A stretch of DNA of 64,000 nt from Octopus vulgaris (lineage: Eukaryota): the NCBI GenBank assembly GCA_951406725.2, contig OX597825.1:80352001-80416000 (forward strand), given 5' to 3'. Of this stretch, positions 51,121 through 63,488 are shown piece after piece. The position numbers and the translations under genes are program-made. Within the stretch, counting starts at the first letter, position 1. Each line of letters begins with the position of its first letter. The notes beneath the pieces were generated by a model that searched no databases, had not been told where the DNA came from, and saw nothing but the letters and a program-made list of their open reading frames with translations.

Positions 51121-52942
51121 GGGTTCTCTCAGCCCAACAACGCATACCTCTTTCTCCCAGTTCAACGATGTTCGCTCCCTTTTCACAGCCCAACAATGAA
51201 AGCTCCTTTCTCAAATTCCCTCCTACATTATCTTCCAGTCACCACTTTCATTACGCCGGATGGGGAAATGCAGTGGAAAAAATTTCTTATTAAACTAATG
51301 AACAAGAAAGCTTATAGTTTCATGATCCAAATATATCTGAAATTTGAAATGTTTTGTACTACATCATGTGATAAGACACACTTTCACACGAGCCTCTTGA
51401 CTCAATTATGTCCTCTTTCCTACTTTGTCCCGGAGTAACCTCATCTGTTCTCTTTATTTCTGAGTTGTTATGTCTATTATTGGATGAAGAAATGTTGTAC
51501 AAGTTATATGTGGTGCCCTTGACTTTAGGGCCACTGACGATCGCTTAGTTAGCCTTGTATGTAATGCTGGCCCCCTCTGAGTACATTCTCAGAAAAGAAC
51601 CCGCTCTCACATAAACATGCACATACTCTCTTTCTCTTTCACACACACCACGCACACACAGGTTATGACATGACAAAAATAATTTTATATTGTTTGAAAT
51701 ATTTCCTATTTTATATTAAGTTTCCTATGAATATTTGCGTTGATATGAACCCAGTCACATCTTCATGACTATCAAATTTTTGCCAACTGGTTTGTTATTT
51801 TTATCCTGTGATGTATTTTCAAATAGTTTCCTCTATTTTGATCTGTCGTGATCAACCTAATTTTATTAACGAAATAAAACCACAGTTGATAGATCACACA
51901 CACTGGGAATTCCATCAACTTATTTCGTTAAACTTTTGAACCTACCCAGCATTCCTGATTTATAATTGACCCCGTCAATTTCTGTTGAAATAGCGAAAAT
52001 AATCAGGCCACTGTAAGGTTTCGTTGCCGGAAACGACGCGTTCATCTTCCAGTAATCAGGTCTTGTCTAAATTGATCGTAAATATCACAAACTTGTGATC
52101 TTTTATAGCCAACTGCCTGAAAATAGAGACATCCCTACCACCACACTATACCTTTAACCATTGACATAATGTAAGACTTCTGAAATGGGGCGTCGCAGAT
52201 GTTTAAAAATATAGTTTAAAGCGTTAGGAATCAATATTAATTCTTGAGTACCTTGAGAAATGTGTTACCCATAATTTTGGAATACACAAATATAATTAAT
52301 AAAACATTCAACAAGTTTCATATTTTTCTAAACTTTTTTCCCTTAATAAAGTTTGTCATTTTTTAAGTTTTTTTTACCTTTCGTACGAAATGCACCGGTA
52401 GCTTTTTTTATTATCCCTAGGGTAATATGAAGCCAAGAAGAAAAAAAATAGCCCTGAAAACTAGGTACCATTGACGTAATAAATATTTAAATGTGTTCGC
52501 TACTGTTTGTCTAAGTTCACATTGGGACAATTCAGAAATCTACTCGATGCTTATGAAACATTTAAAATCCTTTGAACAGATTTGTAAGGTTTTTACACTA
52601 TCCTCTCATATCCATTATTTCCACAGTCTCAGCGTGAGTCTAAGATGCCGTTCCAGTCCCACCCCATTAACACAAACGAGAGGGTACTTCCATAAATGTT
52701 TCCAGACACCTAAATAAATTTGGTTGTGCGGTTCTAGTTGCAATTTAAATACTTCTAAGGCCAAGATCTATTCATACCTCTGTAGTTTTTACTTTCAAAA
52801 AAATTCAAGTAGCTATTATATGATTTTAAACATCCCATCTAAGGATTTTTTTCCAACTAAGTATATGGATAATTTCAGTTAATCGAAAGCTTTTCTATTC
52901 CCAAGACTCTACCATATAATGTAACTTATTTCTCTAGAAAAT

Positions 52943-53345
52943 GGATCTTTTCGGTTTGAACGGCAGTTTTTAAAAATAATTTCCACGTAACTAAACACTT
53001 TTAAACTTCGTATACTGGTAGAATGTGTTTATAAAACATCTTTTTCTCTTGGCTTTATTGAGAAAATGCTATAGTTTGTAAGATATTTGTTGTTTTTTTC
53101 TTCAATTTCTGCAATTTCAACCAATCAATGACATATTTTGAGGTGAAAACATTCTGTGCCGTATGAATATGTCCATCGTTTAAGAAACAGATTGGGTTTA
53201 TTTACATTTGTGAAGAAAAAGAAATACCCTAACCCTAACCCTAAAACAGATTGAAATGCAATACATCGATACTAGGGTCATAATTATGGGTGACAATTTC
53301 CTATGACACCGCTAGAAAAAACTGCCGTTCAAACCGAAAAGATCT
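52943..53345 (+). mobile_element. MITE family F, complete
   Basis: TIRs as at 40906 and internal ccctaaccctaaccctaa. Flanked by an 18-bp near-duplication cttatttctct(ag/ga)aaaat. Confidence 0.92.
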
Positions 53346-53619
53346 CTTATTTCTCTGAAAAATTTCACGATTTATAAAAGATTATGAAAGTTTAGCAATT
53401 TTGTTTTTTTCTCTAGCAAACTGAATTCGTCTTTTTTGATCCACTCCTCAACCGATTCCTGTTGTTGCTGCTGCATTCTGTCCTCTCCAACTTCCTGTCG
53501 CCGTCACATGTCATCAGAAAATGAGATAATTGCCATCAAATGATTCATTGTCACAGGGTCTGAGAGGACGATGCCATCTCCAACACTAGCAACCAGTCTC
53601 CCCCTCCTTCCTTCTTTCT

Positions 53620-53730
53620 ATTATTATTATTATTATTATTATTACTATTATTACTATTATTATTACTATTATTATTATTACAACTATTATTATTATTATT
53701 ATTACTATTATCATCATCATCATCATCATT
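53620..53730. repeat. (TAT)n/(CAT)n microsatellite
   Basis: Seen directly. Confidence 0.97.
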
Positions 53731-54399
53731 TTCATCTGCTGTCTCCTCAATGTAAAGTGTGACGAGAGATACTCACAACCTTACATTTGAACTCCATGTT
53801 TGTACTCACTGTTTTTAATCTGCTGTCATCACTGAGGTAATGAGGAAATTTCTATGCGGTTGATCGACTTGCTAGAAATAACACCCAAAACTCTCTCAAA
53901 ATCATACTCTATCAGATTGATATGTACTTCAGGGGTTTACCAAAAAAAAAAAAAAAAAAAATAGAAGTAAATAGATCAGAAGTGACATCTTCATAATTTC
54001 AAAACCATGTTTAGAACGTACATATATTTTACCAGGTTGAATCAAAAGTTTTTTCGGATTTTCACTGGTGATATTTTGGCAATTTGTATTGTAGCGTGAC
54101 TGATATCCTCTCTGTTTGAGAGACACATTAGGAATGATCACGTTTGAGATTACAGCCATCTTTGGCTAGTTTGACCCTGTTGTGTCCACTGCTCGGATTG
54201 GTTGGCATTTGGCACAGTTTGTCTTTGGACTTATTTCGCGCCAGTGTGTAAGCCAACCAATCACGGCCTTTGGATAAGGTCTCGTGACACTGTTTTTTCT
54301 GATCCTTCATTTGAGCCTACCACAGGCTATACATAGGCCAGCATTCATTATTCCCGGTCTTTAGGCTATAGACCTTCTAAAGTCTATTCACTGACCACA

Positions 54400-54720
54400 G
54401 AGCTACTCAGGCGTGTTCCAGTTCTACCCGGAAGGACTGGGCGCAAGGACAGCGGCAAAAGAAATTAATGATGTGGAATGTCCAGTGACTGCCAACGAAC
54501 GTGTGCCACAAAAATGGTTCGGACATTTCAAAGGACGTGACACTAACCTCGAAAACAAATCAAGCTCAGGGAGCCCTTCTGCTGTAGAAGATAAGGCCCC
54601 TTGCTTGGAATAGTTGAACTGTAGCCAAGCACAAGCATTCCATACACTGTCGGCAGAACTTGGTCCTTTATAAAACTACATCAACACATCCATAAGCACG
54701 GCTTTGTGAACAGACTCTGT
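54400..54720 (+). mobile_element. Mariner transposase N-terminal (HTH) fragment, pseudogenised
   Basis: TAAKEINDV..TANERVPQKWFGHFKGRDTNLENKSSSGSP matches the mariner pattern WF..FK.G...LED.PRSGRP. Confidence 0.8.
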
Positions 54721-54969
54721 CGAGAAGCACGTCTGCATTTATTTGCATATTTTAGCGGAAACTGTGTGGAACTTTCCATTCAAATCATGCAATCACGATG
54801 CACCTGTTATATGGCTGGTTGGAATTCAGGGCAATATCACCTGACACGTGGCCTTTTTCTTGTCCCTGAGATATCAGGGTTTCGAGTTACAAGCACCGCT
54901 ACATTCCCCAACATTGTTTCCTCATAACTTTCTATTAAAATACATATTTTTAAACGATATTTCATATAA

Positions 54970-55597
54970 TCTATCTAAGGCTTTATATAGCTATGGTGCG
55001 GCCTCACCTGGAATTTGCATCACCGGTCTGGAACCCCAATCTTGCCCAGGATATTAATCGTCTGGAAACTATTCAGCGACGTGCAACCAAGAGAATACCC
55101 TCCATCAGGCATTTGCCATATTCTGAACGCCTTACTTCCCTGGGCATGGACACATTGAAACTCCGACGTCTGGCAGCTGACTTGGCAGACACCCATAAAA
55201 TTATTAACCATCTTACAAACAATAACTCTGAGCACCTTTTCAAACTCCACCCATCTAACACCCGTGGACATGTTTACAAAGTCAGAAAACAGCACAGCTC
55301 CCATGACTTCAGGAAACATTTTTTCACGCTGAGAGTTGCTGAAGCATGGAACAAACTGCCGGCATCGGTTGTTAGTTGTCGGAGCACTGCATCCTTCAAA
55401 ACTTCCTGAGATTCGCCAACACTACACCTGATTTTCTCCACTCCATACACACGCAAGCATGTATCTGACTCATACACTGTTCACTTCCCAGACATTTGTA
55501 CATTAAGGCACATGCTTTATATGCACTTTTGACAAGTTGTGGTGCACCTGAGCACTGTATACAATAATTTCATTATATTATATTATATTATTATATT
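54970..55597 (+). mobile_element. CR1-clade LINE, 5'-truncated, copy 2
   Basis: LYIAMVRPHLEFASPVWNP..DINRLETIQRRATKRIP..LPYSERL. Near-identical to 50078-50580 but with an 8-bp deletion near the ORF end; (ATTAT)n tail. Confidence 0.93.
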
Positions 55598-56282
55598 ATA
55601 AATACGTTTTCGAGAGTATTAATTTCATAACATTGATGTTTGAAACAGGTTAATCCCCAAAAAAGTGAAAAAATGCTACTAAAATTACGATGGATTGGTT
55701 GTAAAGACGTTGGCAGAGAGGAAGGAATAATTTTCAACCCCTCTTAATCATGATCTATCTATACACTCGAAAACGTATTACTGGAAAATTTCATTAAAAA
55801 TTACGCATATTCACAGAAAGTTACAAGGAAACAAAGATGGAAGGAGTGGGGCGCTAAACTGCAGTTATGCCCTTTGATTATTACACACCCCCCCGCTCTT
55901 CACTCAGATGTGTACAGAAGTTATGCAAGGAATTTTTTGATAAGAAGTTCCTCTATGCAAGTTATGTAAGGACAGATTTTTGAATTATCTTTAATGTATA
56001 GAAGTTTCCTTTTTATTTGAAAATGTAACTTTAAAATGTTTCTGTCCTTTATTTCGTTCCATATAAAGAAACTTATTCGTCACCTCATTCATGGTTTTTT
56101 ATCCCCTTAAATTATTTATTGTAAGATTTATAAACTAAGTCACTTGATATTCATATTGTTATCTATCGACTCTTATATTTCTTATTTACTGATACTCCCT
56201 TTATTTACATCAGGGCTTCTCAAAGTGGTCCGTACAGATCCCTTGGGAATGATTAAATGTGAATTTACTCGTTTGCATTTAT

Positions 56283-56660
56283 AATAGGCACAAGGCCCGA
56301 AATTTTTAAAGAGGGGACCAGTCGATTAGATCAACTTCAGTACGCAACTGGTACTTAATTTACCGACCCCGAAAGGATGGAAGGCAAAGTCGACCTCGGT
56401 GGAATTTGAACTCATAATGTAAAGACAAACGAAATACCTATTTCTTTACTACCCACAAGGGGCTAAACATAAAGGGGACAGACAAAGAGATTAAGTCGAT
56501 TACATCGACCCCAGTGCGTAACTGGTACTTAATATATCGACCCCGAAAGGATGAAAGGCAAAGTCGACCACGGCGGAATTTGAACTCAGAACGTAGCGGC
56601 AGACGAAATGCCGCTAAGCATTTCACCCGGCGTGCTAACGTTTCTGCCAGCTCGCCGCCT
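56283..56660 (-). mobile_element. SINE family A dimer
   Basis: Same junction as 8866-9253 (plus-strand cgaaatacctatttctttact at ~56430). Confidence 0.88.
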
Positions 56661-57334
56661 TGACCAAAATAATACCAGTGGCCACTGGAGCTTTAAAATC
56701 CATGAAAAAAATGGAATGGAAAAGTTGACGTTTCTGGATATAGACCACAATATTATGGAGAGAATTATCAATCAGTCGATGCTTTCCTTTTGGCGCTTCA
56801 AGTCCACTGTGTTCGATCTCTGTTCTGAAGGATTTAATCAGAGAAGGACAAAGGCTACAAAAACAATGATGGCAATGATGATGATGATGACAATAGTTAT
56901 GACGATGATGATGGTGATGAAATGGGTTATGATGATGATAATTATGATGGTGATGGTGATGATGACAATATCAATGACACGTGATGATGATGATGATGAT
57001 GATGATGAGCATGCTGACAGTAACTTTTGCAACTGGAGACCCAACTGTCTCTCCTCCCAACATTAACACATAAATATGATCTAACCTTGATTTCCAAGTA
57101 GTTCTCCTGCAACATTCAAGACAATGGCCACTTATTGTCAAGAGTGCTTCTTTTCTTCATCTTATTTCAATGGCTCCCCCCCCCCAATGGCATGTCCTGA
57201 TGGAGAGACATCATCTTCTTTTCCGTAGTGTCTGTGTGTGTGCACATGCATGTATATGTACGTCTGTATGTGTGTGTGCACATGCATGCATTAATGTGGG
57301 TGCTTTCTATTGTTGTTGTGTATGTGTATGCTTA

Positions 57335-57367
<33 letters not shown>

Positions 57368-57843
57368 ATGTCAGTGTTTTTTTTTTTATGAAAAATAAAA
57401 AAGAAAAGAAACAAACTAAGGAGTGACACAAATGATGGTGTGATTGGTCCTGTTCTAGATTCTGGCTTCAGACTGATGATGATGATACTGGTGGTGGTGA
57501 TGATGTCAACGATGACACGAATGATGACAGTGGTGATGATAATGATTGATAATAATGATAGCAGTGGTTGTGACGATGATGGTGGTGGTGGTGGTGGTGT
57601 TGCTACTGCTGATGATAATCACAGCTGTCTAATTGGGTGGTGGTGGTCACTAACAATGATGACGATAATGATAGTGGTGGTGGCAGAAGTGGAGGAAGAA
57701 GAAGAAGAAGAAGAGAAGCAGCAGCATCGTGCTGGATCAGTTCTCCATATGAAGAAGCAGATAACCTATGATGGCTGTTAACACGATTGTTAATATACAG
57801 CAGCAGATGGCATGCGTTAACATGAAGTTCAAATAAACTACTA

Positions 57844-57890
<47 letters not shown>

Positions 57891-57891
<1 letters not shown>

Positions 57892-58445
57892 GCCCTGATG
57901 CAGTACCAGGCAGTGGCTCTCATGGCTTCTGATCTTAACTGATTGGAAGTGTTATCATGTACATTGTTTTGTCTTGGTATAAAAGATGGCCTACAGCAAA
58001 TATTCTGCTCAACGCCACACATTTGCTTGTCAGTTATTTGACCATAACCAGTTGACCATGTCCCTTGGTGGCTGATGGTATGTCTATCTCTGATCATGAG
58101 CAGAAGTAGAGGGGGAGCATCATAGCCATATGTTGAGAGAAATTCTTTGGGGGTTGAATAATTCACCCCTGGAAACATGGGTAGTTCTTTCAACATCCTT
58201 AAACAACCCTTATTCAGGGATCTTTTGAGCGGGATGGATTACTAGACCAGAAGAAAATTTTAACTGGGCCCCACCTGTAAGGTCATGTGCTGTTTATCTT
58301 GATATGAGATCACCATGTCACGCACATATGGTTGTGATGCATGTGCCTAGTGTACCCTTATCAGACGGGTGGTCATGATGGGTATACTGGGCTTCGTATA
58401 TTTTACCCCAGTGTCACTTTGATGGCATGCACTGCTCTCTCACTC
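57891..58445. mobile_element. ~555-bp interspersed element embedded in (AAT)n
   Basis: GC-richer block with sharp borders at (AAT)n on the left and aataatag on the right. No TIR and no credible ORF. Confidence 0.6.
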
Positions 58446-58460
58446 AATAATAGTAATAGT

Positions 58461-58672
58461 CTTTTCTACTCTATGCACAAGGCCTGAAATTTTGGGGGAG
58501 GGGGCCAGTCGATTTGATTGACCCCAGTATGCAACTGGTATTAATTTATTGACTCTGAAAGGATGAAAGGCAAAGTCGACCTCAGCAGAATTTGAACTCA
58601 GAACATTAAGACACATGAAATACTGCTAAGCATTTCACCTGGCGTGCTACCATTTCTGCCAGCTCGTCACCT
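58461..58672 (-). mobile_element. SINE family A, alternative tail, CpG-decayed
   Basis: Matches the 44525 copy. Confidence 0.88.
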
Positions 58673-58691
58673 TATGAATAATAATAATAAT

Positions 58692-58930
58692 AATCATCAT
58701 TTAATGTCCGCTTTCCATGCTGGCATGGGTTGGATGGTTTGACTGAGGACTGGCAAGCCTGAAGGCTGTATCAAGCTCCAATCTGAATCTGGCAAGGTTT
58801 CTACAGCTGGATACCCTTCCTAACACTAACCACTCCAAGAGTGTAGTGGGTGCTTTTTACGTGCCACTGGCACAAGGGCCAGTCAGATGGTACTGGCATT
58901 GACCACACTTAAATTGTGCTTTTAATGTTT
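58692..58930 (-). mobile_element. SINE-like family C
   Basis: catcatttaatgtccgctttccatgctggcatggg...gtgggtgctttttacgtgccactggc. Confidence 0.85.
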
Positions 58931-59905
58931 CTATTAGCTAAAACAGCACACACACACATGTGCATAAGTGCATGTGCCCACACAATTCACACATATACAC
59001 ACATGCACTATCTCTCTCATATAAATATGCACACGCACACACTCATACACATGCATATCTGCATGTACCCACATATCCACACACATCACACAGAGTTGAA
59101 ACGCTGTTTGATTTTTCTTTTCAACGTTGAATGTTCACAACAAAACAACAAACAATTACATGGAAATCTCACATTACAGAGATCTAGGCCAATCATTGTC
59201 AACCACAGCTCCAAGGGTTACACATGGCCTCTGCGATGGTCATCTCTTTATAAATATAGATTCTTCTTTAATCAACTAAGATGTTTTACTTGTTTTTTGT
59301 TGTGGCCCAGATATCAAAAGAATTAAGGACGACTGATTTAGGCAGTTAAATAGATCAGAGGAGTTAAGTGTCTTGCCCAAGGACAAAATGAAATCCAAGT
59401 CGTATAGAATACAGTTGACCTCAAGATATATGAGACATTCAATAGTTTATTTACTCAGTTTTGAGTGACACTTCAACGTCTAATTATCCTGTAATTAGAG
59501 AGTGAGTAATTTCATCCAGATATATTCAGGATACTGAAGGCGTCATGGTTCTTTATATCTAAGTGTGTTTATTATATTAGAATATGTCACATACTCAAGT
59601 TTTCCCACAGATCTGGGAATTGCTGATACTTTTTCTCAATTTCACTCATATTGTCTTCTATTTTTACCTTTGCACTTCTCGTTTTCTGGTTGTAATAGGA
59701 AGACATAGGCAAGGCCGTCCATCAGCCTGAAAATGGTTAAGAAGTTCGTTTCACAACCACATGGTTTTACATTTAGTCCACTGTGAGACACGACGGGCAA
59801 ATATCTTTTACTGTAGCTCCAGGCTGGCCAAAGCCTTGGGAATAGACGTGTGAGTAGACAAAAACTCAAAGAAGTCTGATGAGTATGTGTGTGTGTACGT
59901 GTGCA

Positions 59906-59946
<41 letters not shown>

Positions 59947-60311
59947 CATAAATATGAAAAATCAACGAAAACACAATAGAAAAAGGCTATATGACATGTG
60001 ACAAATATATACATTTAGATTGACTGAGGTAGGAATACGAGTCATAAGGTCATTATTGTGAGATGATTATAAGATGATAATAAAGTAAGAGGACATATAT
60101 ATAGATACACGTACACACACATGCATACACATATACTCATACATATATACACACATATCTATATGTACACACATATACTCATACACACACACACACACAC
60201 ACACACATATAGAGCAAATAATTCAGGTGGTGGCTGCCATGTTTCAGCGCAAAATGAATCAATTGCAGGGCAGACTTCAACATGAGGGGTTAGGGCTCTC
60301 CATCAAGGTAT

Positions 60312-60364
60312 TGTGTGCTGAGGAAGGTGAGGCTATAATGCCAGTCCAGAAACTGGTCGGCGTG
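60312..60364 (+). ncRNA. Hammerhead-ribozyme-like motif (Penelope-type minimal HHR)
   Basis: CUGAGGA (60318-60324), a stem II candidate (GG..GGC/GCC..CC), GAAA (60349-60352), CUG and GUC (60356-60358). Stem I pairs mainly by wobble. Confidence 0.4.
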
Positions 60365-60613
60365 AGTCCAAATACTTGAGTGTATGCTGAGAGATTGTCC
60401 CAGCCGTCTGCTTGCAGACTTGATTTCTGTAGTTATCAGTTTTTTTTTGTAATTTAAATAAGAGTTTCGACTGTTATTTCCAGCAGGTAGGCATACTTAG
60501 CATATCCTTTCATTGATTTTAATCCTTCAGATATATATATAAATATAAATATATATATATATTTGATAAATATTATCCCTTAGTGGGTTGGACCCACAAC
60601 CTCTAACTTTCTT

Positions 60614-60646
<33 letters not shown>

Positions 60647-60693
60647 CACACACACACACTAATACATACATACTCACATATATATATATATAT

Positions 60694-60730
60694 ATTGTTT
60701 TGAAATGGTTAAGAACCATTTCAAAACAAT
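60694..60730. repeat. Perfect 17-bp inverted repeat with 3-nt loop
   Basis: attgttttgaaatggtt-aag-aaccatttcaaaacaat. Confidence 0.95.
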
Positions 60731-61108
60731 GGTGTAAGTAGTAAATAAGTTTTTACTTTTATTTATTTATTTATTTTTATAACAATCCTTAAAAAGACCA
60801 TTTCAATACAATGAAAAGTGGTGGATAGGAAAATGAATAGCCCCTATCTTTTACTCTACCCATCTTTCTATCTGTCTATCTATCTATCTTCTATTGTCTT
60901 CAAAGCCTCGCCCCTAAAAAATAAAATAAAAACAATGTTCTCTTATAAACAACCCCCCCCCAAACATCTGTTCTATATAAATAAGCAAAATATCTGTATA
61001 TTCACAGAATTGTATTTGACAAGTTCGAAAGACAAATGAAAGAGCTAATATGAAAATGAAGATATGAAAATGAAAAAAGTTCTTTCCAAAATTCTGATGA
61101 CTTTTTTT

Positions 61109-61182
<74 letters not shown>

Positions 61183-61470
61183 AATAAGAAAATGGAGGGG
61201 ATCAATAGGTGGTATTCATCAACTTTTGGTCAACTTATTTATATATTTACTAAAATAATTACAAGAATATACATACATGTATAACATATGTTTTACATAT
61301 AAAATATAAAATGTATTAATATATAAAGATAACAATAGTTATTACAATATAACATAAAGGGATACAAATTGGGAAAATAACTTACAGCTGTTTCAGGCAA
61401 GAGGCAAAAATACCTCATTCTACCTTTTTTCCTCCAGTAGACTTAGTTAATTTTTGGGTTAGCTATACAT

Positions 61471-61541
<71 letters not shown>

Positions 61542-61603
61542 TTAGGGAATATATCCAAACTTACAGGGAAAAATTAAATTTAGGATTAAATCTAATTTTA
61601 TAG

Positions 61604-61644
<41 letters not shown>

Positions 61645-62294
61645 TTAGAGATAAAACCACTATTAGGCAAATCAAACAGTGAAAATCATAAACCAATACA
61701 TAGAAATAAAATTAATTAATAAAAAATATATAAAATTCAAAATTTAAAATATTTAAATTAAAGTTAAAATTTAAAAATGATTTAAATTAATAATTTATAC
61801 TTATAAATTTTTAAATATATATATATATATATTATTATTATTATTATTTATTTAGTTATTTATTTATTTATTATTTTATTTAATTTAAATATAACTATCA
61901 AAAAGTATTAAAAGTTTAATATAAGATAAAGAGTAAAACCACAAACACATATATATAAATATATGTACACACACACACACATTTCATTCAGGCATTGCGG
62001 GGATTAATAACTTGGTGTAGAACTCTGTATGTATATGCTTCTGAACATGTGTTTAATCGGGTACAGAGTGGTAATAGGAAAAAAAAAAAAGAAAGAGATG
62101 ACAAAGGAATACAGTTATTTTATGAACTTCATTATCTTACAGCTGTTTCGTGAATAAGATGCAGTGGACTCATTGTTAACATAACAACTTACAGTTCCAT
62201 CAGAGCCTCTCTCATCTGATTTCTTATGTGTGTATGTGTGTGTGTGTGTGCGTATGTGTGTGTGTGTGTGTGTGTATATATATAGTCTTTTACT

Positions 62295-62518
62295 TTTGTC
62301 AAGCAATGTTGGGGGAACAAACATACACACACACACATACATACATATATATACAACGGGCTTCTTTCAGTTTCCGTCTACCAAATCCACTCACAAGGCT
62401 TTGGTCAGCCTGAGGCTATAGTAGAACACACTTGCCCAAGGTGCCATGCAGTGGGACTGAACCCAGAACCATATGGTTGGTAAGCAAACTACTTACCACA
62501 CAGCCACTCCTGCGCCTA
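62295..62518 (-). mobile_element. SINE family B
   Basis: Reverse complement of ggcgcaggagtggctgtgtggtaagtag...aaactgaaagaagcccg. Confidence 0.88.
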
Positions 62519-62636
62519 TATATTAGGCAAATCGAAAATTAAAATTAACAAATAACAAAATAACAAAAGTCAAAAGGACAGACCCATGGAATGTGTTAGG
62601 TTGATGTTTAGTGGAAGATGGGGAAAAGAGTGAGTG

Positions 62637-62670
62637 TATAATGTTTTGAGCATGGCCTCTTTGTCAGAAA
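62637..62670 (-). ncRNA. CpG-decayed minimal hammerhead relic
   Basis: Minus strand reads CUGACAA-a-GAG gccaug CUC-AAAA-CAU-UA. Three CA->CG reversions restore CUGACGA...CUC GAAA CGUUA. Confidence 0.45.
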
Positions 62671-62876
62671 TAGGAGAGAAGAAAGTCCGGAGAGATGGGA
62701 AAGAAGTCCAAGCGCATGTGTAGTTACATGGCTGAAATGATTGGAAGTGGAGAGAGAAAGAGGAAGGAGTTTCTAAGACAGCAGAGTGGTATATGGCCTC
62801 TGTGTGTGTGTGTTTGTATTTAAGTGAGTGATGTATGTGGAAAGGAATGGTGTCGAACTGTTAGGTAGCCATACAT

Positions 62877-62909
<33 letters not shown>

Positions 62910-63155
62910 CATACATATATACATCATCGTTTAGCGTCCGTTGTCCATGCTGGTATGGGCAATGAATGTTAAATGATGATGTATGTATATGTATATCATC
63001 ATCATCATCGTTTAATGTCCGTTTTCCATGCTAGCATGGGTTGGACGGTTCCTCTTTGCTGTGTCTCATAATGATTCCACAGTTCTGCTTATCCACATTT
63101 CTAGACATCATATACAACATACCAATATTACCATGTCATAAAGCAGTGAAGTGAA

Positions 63156-63475
63156 GGTGCATGGCTTAGTGGTTAGGGCATTTGGCTCATGTTCCTAAGG
63201 TTGTGAGTTCAATTCCGGCCAATGTGTTGTGTCCTTGAGCAAGACACTTTATTTCATATTGTTCCAGTCCACTCAGCTGGCAAAAATGAGTTGTAACTGT
63301 AATTAAAAAAGGGCCAGCCTTGTCACATTCTGTGTCACGCTGAATCTCCCCGAGAACTACATTAAGGGTACACATGTCTGTGGAGTACTCAGCCACTTGC
63401 ATGTTAATTTCACGAGCAGGCTGTTCCATTGGATCAACTGGAACCCTTGTCATTGCCGTAAGTGACGGAGTGCCA
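63156..63475 (+). mobile_element. SINE family D
   Basis: Matches 29306-29632. Confidence 0.9.
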
Positions 63476-63488
63476 CTTTCTTTTATAA

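Noticed and set aside
53227-53245. Interstitial telomere (CCCTAA)n
   Set aside because: Only about three units, at the same internal position in the MITE F copies.
57603-58196. 197-aa ORF
   Set aside because: Spans a repeat element and trinucleotide tracts (poly-I, poly-L), with no domain signature.
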